Shown here piece by piece: positions 54,697-63,677 of a stretch of 64,000 nucleotides of DNA. Under the pieces are notes generated by a model. It ran no database searches and was not told the origin of the DNA. It worked only from the letters and a program-made list of their open reading frames with translations. This stretch comes from a virus, in the IMG/VR virus record IMGVR_UViG_3300041955_000531. One strand, written 5' to 3'. A program made the translations under genes and the position numbers. Position 1 is the first letter of the stretch. Each line of letters begins with the position of its first letter.

Positions 54697-55124
54697 TACA
54701 ACCTCACGAAAGGATTGTAACCTTGCGGGTATGTACTTGCCGGCATGTTAGGCATTATACCGCCTACCTTCCTGATTACATTGATGACCAGCTGCCGCGC
54801 GCTGTCATCAAAGTGAATCCAATACGTCCAATCAATATCACCTTGTGGTTTGCCATGGACTTGGATGTACTGTACGTACAGCCTCTGCATCAGCTGAGCT
54901 TCAGCTTCGGTGAATGCAATGGGAGCGTGCCCTGGATCAGTCAGCTGCTTGCGTACCTTGCCGACTATATCCAATGCTTTGAGACGCTCACTCTGTGTAA
55001 TGGGTGTGGCACTACCAGCGTCCGTGTTGTTTGCCACGGCCTGGTTCTGCGAGAACTGGAACATGGTGTTCTGAACGAACTGTGCTTCGGCAGGGATGAA
55101 TACAACTGAATCATATGCTGACAT
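54696..55124 (-). CDS. hypothetical protein, internal-repeat paralog 2
   Basis: VVFIPAEAQFVQ ... IAFTEAEAQLMQ. Confidence 0.7.
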   Translation of the reverse strand: MSAYDSVVFIPAEAQFVQNTMFQFSQNQAVANNTDAGSATPITQSERLKALDIVGKVRKQLTDPGHAPIAFTEAEAQLMQRLYVQYIQVHGKPQGDIDWTYWIHFDDSARQLVINVIRKVGGIMPNMPASTYPQGYNPFVRL

Positions 55125-55273
55125 TAGTCCCTCCCACAACGGCTATACCAAAAGATACGCCGGTTCGCCATGCGTTCAATGTAATGATCAGGAACAGCGC
55201 GCACCCAACAGAAAGCCCATACGCTGCTAAGAAGCCTTCTACAGCTGAGTATCCTACAACCCATAGGATTCAT
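55124..55273 (-). CDS. 49-aa hypothetical protein
   Basis: TAATG overlaps at both ends. Confidence 0.45.
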   Translation of the reverse strand: MNPMGCRILSCRRLLSSVWAFCWVRAVPDHYIERMANRRIFWYSRCGRD

Positions 55274-55746
55274 TATCCACCTGCACTAGCATAAGTCTGG
55301 CTGTACGGCGGGTAGATAATCTCACCCAGCTTGTGCAGGATGTTATTGAAGATGTCTGCTCCTCTGAGGAACTGTTCCTCAGGGAATCCACCTTGTGCTG
55401 TGAAGTTCTGGTTGGCGGAGCCAGTGCCAGTAGGAAACTGTCCGATACGAACGTTGTCTCCCCACACACCAGTAAAAATATACTCACCAGCGTTGTTCTT
55501 ATACATCGTAAAGATGTTCTTGATGAAATCAAGCTGCGCTTTGTCGGTGAACACCACGCTTCCGCTTGGATTCATGATGCACTGTCTTACTTTGCTTAGG
55601 AAGTCTTGGAACCACGCGTGCTCGTTCGAGCCCATCTGCGTCACGCTTTTGCTTCCCGGCCACTTCTCTTCGTTCAACTGCTGGAGCATCCATTGGAGCC
55701 ACTGCAGTTCGTACTTCGTGAACTGTACTGTCAGATACGTCGTCAT
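55273..55746 (-). CDS. hypothetical protein, internal-repeat paralog 3
   Basis: VQFTKYELQWLQ ... VVFTDKAQLDFIK. Confidence 0.7.
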   Translation of the reverse strand: MTTYLTVQFTKYELQWLQWMLQQLNEEKWPGSKSVTQMGSNEHAWFQDFLSKVRQCIMNPSGSVVFTDKAQLDFIKNIFTMYKNNAGEYIFTGVWGDNVRIGQFPTGTGSANQNFTAQGGFPEEQFLRGADIFNNILHKLGEIIYPPYSQTYASAGG

Positions 55747-55975
55747 CTTTCCTCTTGGCTTCTCTGATTTCAACCTCGGTGAGGGGCGGCTTAATGCACG
55801 CCCAACAGTAGGATCTCCATTTACTTACTACATGCTTAGCGTAGACCCCGTTGGGTCCACCACATTCGTAACACTTCTCTGCTTTCTCATGCCACTCTGC
55901 TCCAGGTTCGGGAGCAGGTGGACGAAAGATTACTTCTTCCGCAGTGACTTCAGGAATGATAGCAGAGTTTTCCAT
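55529..55975 (-). CDS. hypothetical Zn-finger protein (long 3' overlap with next gene)
   Basis: CYEC ... CWAC. Confidence 0.5.
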   Translation of the reverse strand: MENSAIIPEVTAEEVIFRPPAPEPGAEWHEKAEKCYECGGPNGVYAKHVVSKWRSYCWACIKPPLTEVEIREAKRKDDDVSDSTVHEVRTAVAPMDAPAVERREVAGKQKRDADGLERARVVPRLPKQSKTVHHESKRKRGVHRQSAA

Positions 55976-56256
55976 CCATCACCTAGTTCTTCCTGCCAGG
56001 ACTTTGGCTTGATCCCATCGGGAGGATACAACCATTTCTTGATGCAGTCAGGACATTCGTGTCGCATGTGGAGGTGCGTAATATATTCCGCACCACACTT
56101 ACACTTATCAAGCATCTCCAATGGACCATTCAGGCTTCGAACATCAACAAAGCCCCGCGGAGGGAATGCCTGATGCCATTCATCACTCCGATGACCTGAA
56201 CAGATCTTGCAGATGTCAGGTTCTTGCTCGGTATCTTCAAAACAATGTGGGTCCAT
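55930..56256 (-). CDS. hypothetical Cys/His-rich protein
   Basis: CKIC, CKCG, CPDC; GAGG SD. Confidence 0.6.
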   Translation of the reverse strand: MDPHCFEDTEQEPDICKICSGHRSDEWHQAFPPRGFVDVRSLNGPLEMLDKCKCGAEYITHLHMRHECPDCIKKWLYPPDGIKPKSWQEELGDGWKTLLSFLKSLRKK

Positions 56257-56259
56257 ACT

Positions 56260-56520
56260 TCACCATAACCTCGAGGCTGGTGAATCCATTGAAGGATCAA
56301 CAGTCAAGAAGTCCTTTACTTTTCCAACGAATCCACTCTGCAGCCCCTGCATTGTATCGCAGTGATCATACTGCAGCGTAGCTCCCACAGGAGAAACAAC
56401 GTTGCCATAAACGTCCACGGTGTAAACTATAACACCGTGTGTAATCATGAAGGAAGAATCTCCATGACCTGAGCTGAACTTCTGAGTACCGCTGGCAAAG
56501 CTAGAAATAACTGTTCTCAT
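56260..56520 (-). CDS. hypothetical protein
   Basis: ATGA coupling at 56520. Confidence 0.55.
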   Translation of the reverse strand: MRTVISSFASGTQKFSSGHGDSSFMITHGVIVYTVDVYGNVVSPVGATLQYDHCDTMQGLQSGFVGKVKDFLTVDPSMDSPASRLW

Positions 56521-57260
56521 TTCTTTTGCGTCCACTTGAACCAAGTATAAGCCGTTGGGCTTAATGCCCAAGTGTACTTGCTCGCCAGAGAGTTATCAGT
56601 TACTTTACCAATAGTACTAAAAGCCACGTCCGAAAGCAAAAACCTAATAGATACCACATCATTAGGTGTGACATGATACTTGCCATACCAGCCAGACTGA
56701 ATGCGATCCAATATGATTGGTGCTACTTCAGGGATACTGGCAAACGTCACTAAAGTATCGGGTCTCGGAGGCCAGGCAGGATCTTCTGCTGGTTTGGTCC
56801 AGGATAGCCATTCCTTGACGCGAGGGCTTTCCAAGGTGTAAGGTAGTCTAAATATATAATAGCGTGATGTTTCAGTCTCGAGACGTGTCTCTGCCATGCG
56901 CAGAAACGTACCCATCTCGCTGTTCGGTAGGGGGATAGCCACCTCGGAACGCGGCGTCGTATCACCTAAGACCTCCACTGAAGATATCAACATGATCTTA
57001 GCGCTCATGATCGAGCTATAACGAGTAAGCTCTTTGATCAGCTGGCCGAATGTTGCTTCATTCGACGGCTCGGCCGGCGGATCCAGAATGATCACATCAG
57101 GAGCCTGATGATTCAAGGCTACCTTGAACTCAGGGAACTTAATGTACTTCAGATTCACACCCATCGATGCTACTTCTGGCTGGGGCTTCAGCTTCTTAGC
57201 CTCGGCCTCAAGGGCCAAGGGAAGCAAGCTAGTCCCACACTCTATGATTAGTATCCTCAT
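56517..57260 (-). CDS. degenerate RmlD-like (extended SDR) Rossmann-fold protein
   Basis: MRILII..; PDVII; ISSVEVLG; SE..IPLPNSEMG..L.MAE; YIFRL; GKYHV layout matches RmlD but lacks GxxGxxG and YxxxK. Confidence 0.6.
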   Translation of the reverse strand: MRILIIECGTSLLPLALEAEAKKLKPQPEVASMGVNLKYIKFPEFKVALNHQAPDVIILDPPAEPSNEATFGQLIKELTRYSSIMSAKIMLISSVEVLGDTTPRSEVAIPLPNSEMGTFLRMAETRLETETSRYYIFRLPYTLESPRVKEWLSWTKPAEDPAWPPRPDTLVTFASIPEVAPIILDRIQSGWYGKYHVTPNDVVSIRFLLSDVAFSTIGKVTDNSLASKYTWALSPTAYTWFKWTQKK

Positions 57261-57454
57261 TTGGACCTCGATGATACATACTCAACGCGCCACCACTCAT
57301 GCCAAGAACCACTGTAGACTTCTGCGCTGAAGATCCACTCCAACCAGTATGTATAACCATCCGTGGCTGTATGTGGAAAGAAAGCAAAGACCTTCCTGTT
57401 TCTTTTCGTCCCGTGCGGAGTCTCGGGAGGAGGTTCAGGTAGCTTCCATCTCAT
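57257..57454 (-). CDS. small Trp-rich hypothetical protein
   Basis: ATGA coupling at both ends. Confidence 0.55.
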   Translation of the reverse strand: MRWKLPEPPPETPHGTKRNRKVFAFFPHTATDGYTYWLEWIFSAEVYSGSWHEWWRVEYVSSRSK

Positions 57455-57891
57455 ATCGCACGATCCTCTATCGCTTCGCCAAGATTGTTCCACCAGTTAA
57501 TGGCGATTTCGACATGCTCAGTGCGTTCAAAAGACTTCGTCTCAGTCTCGAAGGCCACCACGCTCTTCTTAGCCTGAGTCTTTGCAGTATACTCATTCGC
57601 GGCGTGACCACTGGCTGTATCCTTGAAGACCTTATAGCCTTTCTTAAGCTTGGAGAACATGATACGTCCAAGCTCTTCATTTGCTGTATCATAGACGACA
57701 TCTTCAAGCTTGGTCTGCTCTTGAGGATTGCCATCCTTGAAGTGTTCTATTCTGCCCCAGCGGCAATGGACATAGTAGTTATCCTTCTTGCTGCTGATGC
57801 CATCCTTACGGATGCTGATCTCGTAGTATTTATTATGGTGGGCCGCTGGATCAATACACTGAAGGACCACTTGTCTTTCGATTGATGACAT
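57451..57891 (-). CDS. WGR-domain protein
   Basis: HNKYYEI...HCRWGRI...KLKKGYK. Confidence 0.8.
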   Translation of the reverse strand: MSSIERQVVLQCIDPAAHHNKYYEISIRKDGISSKKDNYYVHCRWGRIEHFKDGNPQEQTKLEDVVYDTANEELGRIMFSKLKKGYKVFKDTASGHAANEYTAKTQAKKSVVAFETETKSFERTEHVEIAINWWNNLGEAIEDRAI

Positions 57892-57947
57892 TCAAAACCC
57901 TCTCTATCCTATTGTAAATCGGGGAAATGGTCAGCCAAAACCAAAAA

Positions 57948-58265
57948 TCAGTCGCGGGGCTTCTTGCCTTTTTGCTTCGCACGTTGCTTCATAAGCTTAG
58001 CCTTCTTCAGCTGAGCTTCGAAGAACTCACGGCGCCTATCAACAGACCAGATCTGATTGATGACCTTGGCATGCTCGGAAGTAGTGTACTTCAGGCCGAG
58101 GGCATCTATAAACCTACCCGCTACCCTCATAATCGTGCTAATAGCCGCGCTGTGCTCCGAATGGTACAGATTGTTATAAGTGTCCAGGTAGAGGTCGTTC
58201 GTGTCTCTAATAGTCTGCTGGAGGGTCTTAACGACCCTTTCCTGGCTTAGCTTAACCGACTTCAT
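57948..58265 (-). CDS. hypothetical protein
   Basis: ORF track. Confidence 0.6.
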   Translation of the reverse strand: MKSVKLSQERVVKTLQQTIRDTNDLYLDTYNNLYHSEHSAAISTIMRVAGRFIDALGLKYTTSEHAKVINQIWSVDRRREFFEAQLKKAKLMKQRAKQKGKKPRD

Positions 58266-58417
58266 GACCGCCTGATGCGCATGATATCTTTGAGGTCAGT
58301 AGCCAGGTTCTCTTCAGCCCAGTACCAGTCCTGAGGTTTGCGACCTGGAATGTGACTGCGCTTGGACATTTTGTTGACCAAACGACGCACGCGGCGACGT
58401 AAAGTCTTTAGTTCCAT
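58262..58417 (-). CDS. 51-aa basic hypothetical protein (..QDWYWAEENL..)
   Basis: translated by hand; ATGA overlap. Confidence 0.5.
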   Translation of the reverse strand: MELKTLRRRVRRLVNKMSKRSHIPGRKPQDWYWAEENLATDLKDIMRIRRS

Positions 58418-58424
58418 ATACATC

Positions 58425-59522
58425 CTAACTCTCTTCGTCATCTAAGTCGACTCCTTCTTTGATTTTAAGCGTAGATACTTGATCAGCTTGGTCGATGTCG
58501 TCCCTTTCGCCAAGATATATCGGTTGGTACAAGGCACCGTGGACGTGCCTGTAAAGATACTTGACCTCCACAAGGGTCCCAACTTTAGGGACAGGGAAGT
58601 TCGGTAGAATAGTAACCTTTCCCACTTCCACCGTAATAGGGCCATCGAGACACGCGATATAGACACTGCGCTTTCCTTTCTCGTTTACGCCCGTGACGAT
58701 GCATGTGCAAGTCTGTGTGAACTTGTACTTGATTTGCGGGCCTTTGCTGGCCGGCCGACCGGGCACGTATAGCGAGGTAAGATCTTTGAGTACAACGCCT
58801 TCGGCGCCTTTTTCCCTGAGGGACTGAAGGAGCAGGCGTTTCTTAGCCTCAGTGAAGGCGGCTGGGACAACTTGAATAGCCGCATTAGCTTCCTCGAGTA
58901 GCTCAGATAGAATATCGTATCGCTCCTCATAAGGCAGCTGAGTAGTGTCTTTGGATGCGCCCTTCTTGCCGGCGGCCAATATATCGAAGGCATAATAGGT
59001 TTCTCCTACCATCTCCCCATCGATTACGTAATCTCCCTGTAGAGCTTGCGCTGCTTGTTGAATGCTCTCAGCGAAACCGACATAAAGGCCCTTACGATTG
59101 ATGGCTTCGATAACGGTTCCACTCCTCTTAAGAATGATCCGTTTCCCATCTTTCTTCTCTTGGAGACAATATGTCTTATTCTTGAGGTAATACTCCAGTA
59201 GTGCATCATCGATCGGGTTCAAGAGCTGAGGCAAATAGCCTGAGATCTTATCCTCCTTGTCACTACCCACATAAGGCGCCTGACCAGCGCCCTCAGAATA
59301 CCCCTTGAGTTTCTTCTCGTGCACTTGCTTATCGAATATGGCGTTCGCCTTGTCCAGATCCACCGGGCTAGGAGTTTTGTCTGAACTCGTGAGCGAACTA
59401 CCGCGTCGCCCATATTCGATGCGAACAACGTATCCCGTTCCTTTGGGGACAAGATGAACATGATACTCTTTGTCAGACGTCCCCTCTTTGTAAAATAAGG
59501 CGACATGCTTCTCATCAGACAC
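58425..59522 (-). CDS. ATP-dependent DNA ligase with N-terminal WGR domain
   Basis: SDKEY..EYGRRG..KKLKGY; QEKKDGKR; DGEM; AFDIL; EGVVLK; IKYK. Confidence 0.9.
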   Translation of the reverse strand: MSDEKHVALFYKEGTSDKEYHVHLVPKGTGYVVRIEYGRRGSSLTSSDKTPSPVDLDKANAIFDKQVHEKKLKGYSEGAGQAPYVGSDKEDKISGYLPQLLNPIDDALLEYYLKNKTYCLQEKKDGKRIILKRSGTVIEAINRKGLYVGFAESIQQAAQALQGDYVIDGEMVGETYYAFDILAAGKKGASKDTTQLPYEERYDILSELLEEANAAIQVVPAAFTEAKKRLLLQSLREKGAEGVVLKDLTSLYVPGRPASKGPQIKYKFTQTCTCIVTGVNEKGKRSVYIACLDGPITVEVGKVTILPNFPVPKVGTLVEVKYLYRHVHGALYQPIYLGERDDIDQADQVSTLKIKEGVDLDDEES

Positions 59523-59940
59523 CGAACTTTTCCTCCGCTTCTGTGAGGGCAGTGTGTCCAACCACTCCGAAGATATCTCCTGACTCATGTTCAATCATGC
59601 GCCCATCAAACAAGAAGACAGGCTGTCCATTGATAATGAACCGAGGTTGATTGTAGTCCTCACGCAAACATGAGGATGTGACATTCGTCACAACTATGTC
59701 TCCAGGAAAAACATCGAGAGGAAGCTTGATACCGTCTCTCCATTCACCTGGACCAATCTTAAGTACAACAAAACGCATGCGTTCCTCGCGCGCGTAGGCA
59801 GCTTCATCCATGCCGAAGCTTTGGGATTCGGTCTTCTTGATGATCATCGTTTCCAAATCCCAAGGGATACAAACGACATAGTTCCCACGGGCGCGAAAGT
59901 CCTTCAATGCCTCTACAGCTGCTTTGATGTGCTCTTTCAA
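59515..59940 (-). CDS. GroES/cpn10-like co-chaperonin
   Basis: RARGNYVV; VVLKIGPG; PLDVFPGDIV; ESGDIFGVV. Confidence 0.7.
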   Translation of the reverse strand: MKEHIKAAVEALKDFRARGNYVVCIPWDLETMIIKKTESQSFGMDEAAYAREERMRFVVLKIGPGEWRDGIKLPLDVFPGDIVVTNVTSSCLREDYNQPRFIINGQPVFLFDGRMIEHESGDIFGVVGHTALTEAEEKFGV

Positions 59941-60128
59941 GAGATCCTCTCGATCCTATAGATATGTACCTCAGGCATAGGTCCATCGTCTGAGGCTAGA
60001 CATCCAGTAGGTGTTAGTGAATGTTCCATTGCAGACTTCGTCTTGCGGGCATTACGGATAGTGTTTTCCTTGGTGCCTGACACGTCGTCTTCAACAGAAT
60101 CAGTGATCAAATAAAATCGTTCTTTCAT
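59937..60128 (-). CDS. hypothetical protein
   Basis: AAGGAG SD. Confidence 0.55.
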   Translation of the reverse strand: MKERFYLITDSVEDDVSGTKENTIRNARKTKSAMEHSLTPTGCLASDDGPMPEVHIYRIERIS

Positions 60129-60140
60129 GTACTGCTCCTT

Positions 60141-60278
60141 TCACCAGTGTCCATCAATCCTATGTCTCAGGTAGCACAAGCGGGCATGCTCTGTAGTACA
60201 TTTCAGCCACGCTGTTTTGAAGATGAAGCGAATGGTTGACAGCCTACCGAACAAAATCCTTACGTCTCTTGTGCTCAT
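60141..60278 (-). CDS. 45-aa hypothetical protein
   Basis: translated by hand; ATGA overlap with upstream ORF. Confidence 0.4.
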   Translation of the reverse strand: MSTRDVRILFGRLSTIRFIFKTAWLKCTTEHARLCYLRHRIDGHW

Positions 60279-60394
60279 TTTATTGGCTTCCACCTTATCT
60301 TATAACGATACACGTCTCCGTGTGGTTCCCAAAGCTTACACAGCTTAAATATACAGCGGGTGCAAAATAGGTTGGTAAGCAAAGACTTACCAAC

Positions 60395-60430
60395 ACGTGC
60401 TATCTGCCTAGAACGTGCTATCTGCCTAGA
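60395..60430. repeat. perfect 18-bp tandem duplication ACGTGCTATCTGCCTAGA x2
   Basis: seen directly; spans the stop codon of the vWA gene. Confidence 0.9.
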
Positions 60431-61683
60431 AGCGGATCGACATAGACCATCCGCCCAAATGGCGGATCCTGTTCGACGCATGTAGCCCACATTACTGGGA
60501 AGGGAGGGGCTTGACTTGGAAATGTCCCAGCCATATCGGTGAGGTAGACACAGCAATCTATGTCATACTTCTCGAGCTCTTTAAGAGCGGGCCTGAAATC
60601 AGTCCCTCCTCCTCCCTTACATTCATAGTGTGCATCAATGACATCTTGAAAGTACTGGATGCTCTGGACCGCGGCATCAGCACAAATAACAATGACATGA
60701 CACCCAGTCTGCTCCATAATGGCGTTGGTCTCCGCGATGAAGATCTTCAACAGAGCATCATCGATCGAGCCCGACGTATCAATACAGATACCAGCCTTCT
60801 TTACTCCAAGCTCTCTTTGAAGTCCTGGTTCATAATACCCAAGACGACCCTTTGACGCGAGTAGTCGTCGTGAAGGTCGTCCCCAGTCAACACAAGTGGT
60901 AGGCATAACGTGTGAGATCATAAAGTCTCTGAAATGCTTTTCCCACGGCGTAGTAGTATCTGGGAGGTCTTTGAGTACCTCGCGAAGAAAAGAGCCCGGC
61001 TCAGAACCAAAAGCCGCACGCTTAAGTCGTTCTTTCCAAACGCGTGTTTGGACCTCATCCATATGTGGATCAGTCGTTGAATCTGGGCTTGGCGGGACAA
61101 GGTCATCGCTCAACTCCTTGGCATGTTGGTTAATAAAATCACGGACTGCCTTATCAACCCGCTTTTCGACGTAGTTGTAAAGCATTTCAAATGTCCACTG
61201 AGGAGCAGGGATTTTCTTAAGATCTTCCTGACTAACAAGGTTTTCAGCGGTGATAACGTAAGGATGGACCACAGACAAGGGTCCAATCTTCTTCTGTTGC
61301 ATGATCGCGCGTATGACAATAGCATCGGCGCAAGCATTCGCGATGTCGGGGCTATACTTATCTCCCTTAGCCATCCGTATTTGCTTGGCACGTAATGGGT
61401 GTCGGAGTACAATGTGGAGGAGCTCGTGCAAGATGATCGCATATTGCCGTGGCTCATCGACGGTGAAGAATGCATCACAGAAGTATATAATGGAGCCTTC
61501 TGTATATGCGTAGGCATGCTGATCGTTCCTTCCAAGGGCTGTTGGGATCCAAAGGATCAACCCAGCTACACCGGAGTCTCGAGTAACAAGTCTCCGGATA
61601 AGTAGCGTGATTCGTTCCTTCTTCTCCTCTGGGCTCAGCCCAGATGGCTTAGGTTCTGACGATTTCTTTGGCTCTCGGGGCAT
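60418..61683 (-). CDS. metallopeptidase-vWA protein (DUF2201-like)
   Basis: ILHELLHIVLRH; NACAD; IDTSGSI; GGGGTDFRP; YLTD. Confidence 0.88.
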   Translation of the reverse strand: MPREPKKSSEPKPSGLSPEEKKERITLLIRRLVTRDSGVAGLILWIPTALGRNDQHAYAYTEGSIIYFCDAFFTVDEPRQYAIILHELLHIVLRHPLRAKQIRMAKGDKYSPDIANACADAIVIRAIMQQKKIGPLSVVHPYVITAENLVSQEDLKKIPAPQWTFEMLYNYVEKRVDKAVRDFINQHAKELSDDLVPPSPDSTTDPHMDEVQTRVWKERLKRAAFGSEPGSFLREVLKDLPDTTTPWEKHFRDFMISHVMPTTCVDWGRPSRRLLASKGRLGYYEPGLQRELGVKKAGICIDTSGSIDDALLKIFIAETNAIMEQTGCHVIVICADAAVQSIQYFQDVIDAHYECKGGGGTDFRPALKELEKYDIDCCVYLTDMAGTFPSQAPPFPVMWATCVEQDPPFGRMVYVDPLLGR

Positions 61684-62722
61684 AGTTAAGATATCCCGCC
61701 GTGCGAACAACTTCCTCAATGATTCCAAGTTTCACCGCCTTCGAAAGAATCATTTCATTTGCCAGCGTTTCGATCTCAGCCACAGGCTGATCAGTATGCT
61801 TATGGCGGACCGCATCAAAGATGAACATAGCCTTACTGATTTGATCTGGCCGCGTAACGTAGGCAGCCATGCTGTAAGCAAGACCATACAAGCAAGCAAT
61901 CTTATTCGGGATATGCTTGACCGCCAGGTCAGCTCTCTGGTGGCTTAGCAAGTCTTCCATACTGGGAAGCTCACCAATCTCTTCAGTGGTATGAATGAAC
62001 TCTACTGCCGCAGCTTCACCCACTATACCATTGATAAGAATGGAGTTAGACGTCTTGTCTTCTACCTCATGCATGACTTCGGAGACGCGCGCCCAGCTAC
62101 GAGGAGACGGAGCAATCAACTGATTGGTCTTTGCTACACCGCCGACACAAGTAAGATACTGAGGCTTCACTCGTATGAAGGCCAGCACTGTAACGTGGAT
62201 GTTATGATCCACGGCCCAGTTACTCCAGTCAATAGGATCTGCCACCACGTGGATGTGAACGAAGCGATCCGACAGAGCAGATCCCATCTTATAACTGATG
62301 GCACCATCCTCAGGACTGTTGCCGGCGCCCAGGACCATCCACTGCGGAGGAAGTGTATACTTACCAATCTTACGATCGAGGACTAGCTGGTATGCTGTTA
62401 CTTGCATCCGCGGTTCCGCCGCAGTCAGCTCGTCCAAAAAGATAACTCCGGGTACATCCTGGATTGGAAAGAACTCAGGTCGGAATGACTTAGTGATGCC
62501 AGCAGCCTCATCAATCCACTGTAGACCTCGGAGGTCTGGTCCATCCAACTGAGTCAGTCGGATGTCTTCCAACTGCATACCTCTGCCTTTCGCCCAATCC
62601 CACACGGACATTGACTTACCTACACCAGGCTCGCCCCACAAGAAGGCGGCGTACTTCAACTTGTACAAATAGTCAAGCAGCTTGGGTAGCTTGCCTGGCG
62701 TACAAGCGATGGTGTTAATCAT
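61649..62722 (-). CDS. MoxR-like AAA+ ATPase
   Basis: LWGEPGVGKS; DLRG; IFLDEL; AGN; ALSDRF; PSPRSW; GGAG SD before MINTI. Confidence 0.88.
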   Translation of the reverse strand: MINTIACTPGKLPKLLDYLYKLKYAAFLWGEPGVGKSMSVWDWAKGRGMQLEDIRLTQLDGPDLRGLQWIDEAAGITKSFRPEFFPIQDVPGVIFLDELTAAEPRMQVTAYQLVLDRKIGKYTLPPQWMVLGAGNSPEDGAISYKMGSALSDRFVHIHVVADPIDWSNWAVDHNIHVTVLAFIRVKPQYLTCVGGVAKTNQLIAPSPRSWARVSEVMHEVEDKTSNSILINGIVGEAAAVEFIHTTEEIGELPSMEDLLSHQRADLAVKHIPNKIACLYGLAYSMAAYVTRPDQISKAMFIFDAVRHKHTDQPVAEIETLANEMILSKAVKLGIIEEVVRTAGYLNYAPRAKEIVRT

Positions 62723-63065
62723 TGCTTCTCCTATCTCTGGGATGTTGAAACTCACGCCATCTCTGGGTGAACTGCCAAAAGAAAAACCAAGAGGGAGATC
62801 GCATACCGTGAACTCCCATCTTTCGTCCAACAAGTTTCGGACCGAACTTACTACGCATCTTTCGCATCAAATCTGGAATCTCCCACATAGAAAGTTCCAA
62901 AAAAGTCTTTTAGTCAGAAAAAGTCGATGCGGGGCCTTTGACGTTTTCGGCTCGCGTGTTGGCGTTTGCAGTTTCTCATATCTGATCCACGCACGATACA
63001 TAGTGCTCCAAATGCGATATTTCTTGAGGTGGCCTTCTTGCTTGACAGTCCACTTCTTCAAAATC

Positions 63066-63326
63066 TCAGAGTTGTCCGTCCACTCCATCCGATTTCTCAA
63101 GGGTCTCCTCGACGATATAAGCCAAACCGATGATTTGGCGCCGGATGTTCTTATCGTCCACAAACACGAGTTCGTGATAAATCGGGTCATTCTTGAAAAG
63201 GTACGTTACGTTGTGTACCTCGGAAATCGCACTTATCGGATTTCCCGAATAAGTGCCCGGTAGTGGATTCGGGTAAAACACACGAATCTTCATCGTACCG
63301 GGAATAACCTCTCGGTCGCCTAACAT
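63066..63326 (-). CDS. hypothetical protein
   Basis: GAGGA SD. Confidence 0.55.
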   Translation of the reverse strand: MLGDREVIPGTMKIRVFYPNPLPGTYSGNPISAISEVHNVTYLFKNDPIYHELVFVDDKNIRRQIIGLAYIVEETLEKSDGVDGQL

Positions 63327-63350
63327 GCTATTTTCCTCTTTTCGTGATTT

Positions 63351-63677
63351 TCAGCTAGGAAGGGATTCTTTGCTTCCATCGTAAAAACCGGCTTCTGACG
63401 AAAGCTTGGCCCAGGTAATGGCCAGCTGCTCATAGTATTTGCGCGTAAGAAGCAAAATACGACCGAAATCCTCTTTTGTGCAAATAATGCGCACAGGAAT
63501 CATGCGCTCTTTCAGCGTTTCACCCTCATTCACCCAATAACCAATCGTAGGGTGCATAATGGTCAATCCGCCGGATATCTTCTTGACCTTTTCGTCCCAA
63601 ACGCGATGGTGCCGAGTACAAATCGGCCGGCCATCAGGACGAACAGTAGGTACCAGCAACTCCCAGAGGTATTTCAT
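63351..63677 (-). CDS. hypothetical protein (SGGLT..P..GYW..ERMIPVRI)
   Basis: ATGA coupling at 63677. Confidence 0.6.
   Translation of the reverse strand: MKYLWELLVPTVRPDGRPICTRHHRVWDEKVKKISGGLTIMHPTIGYWVNEGETLKERMIPVRIICTKEDFGRILLLTRKYYEQLAITWAKLSSEAGFYDGSKESLPS

Noticed and set aside
57245-57255. Fifth copy of the promoter motif (GATACTAATCA)
   Set aside because: Lies inside the first codons of a CDS (R-I-L-I-I) and lacks the T/A at position 1; probably coincidental.
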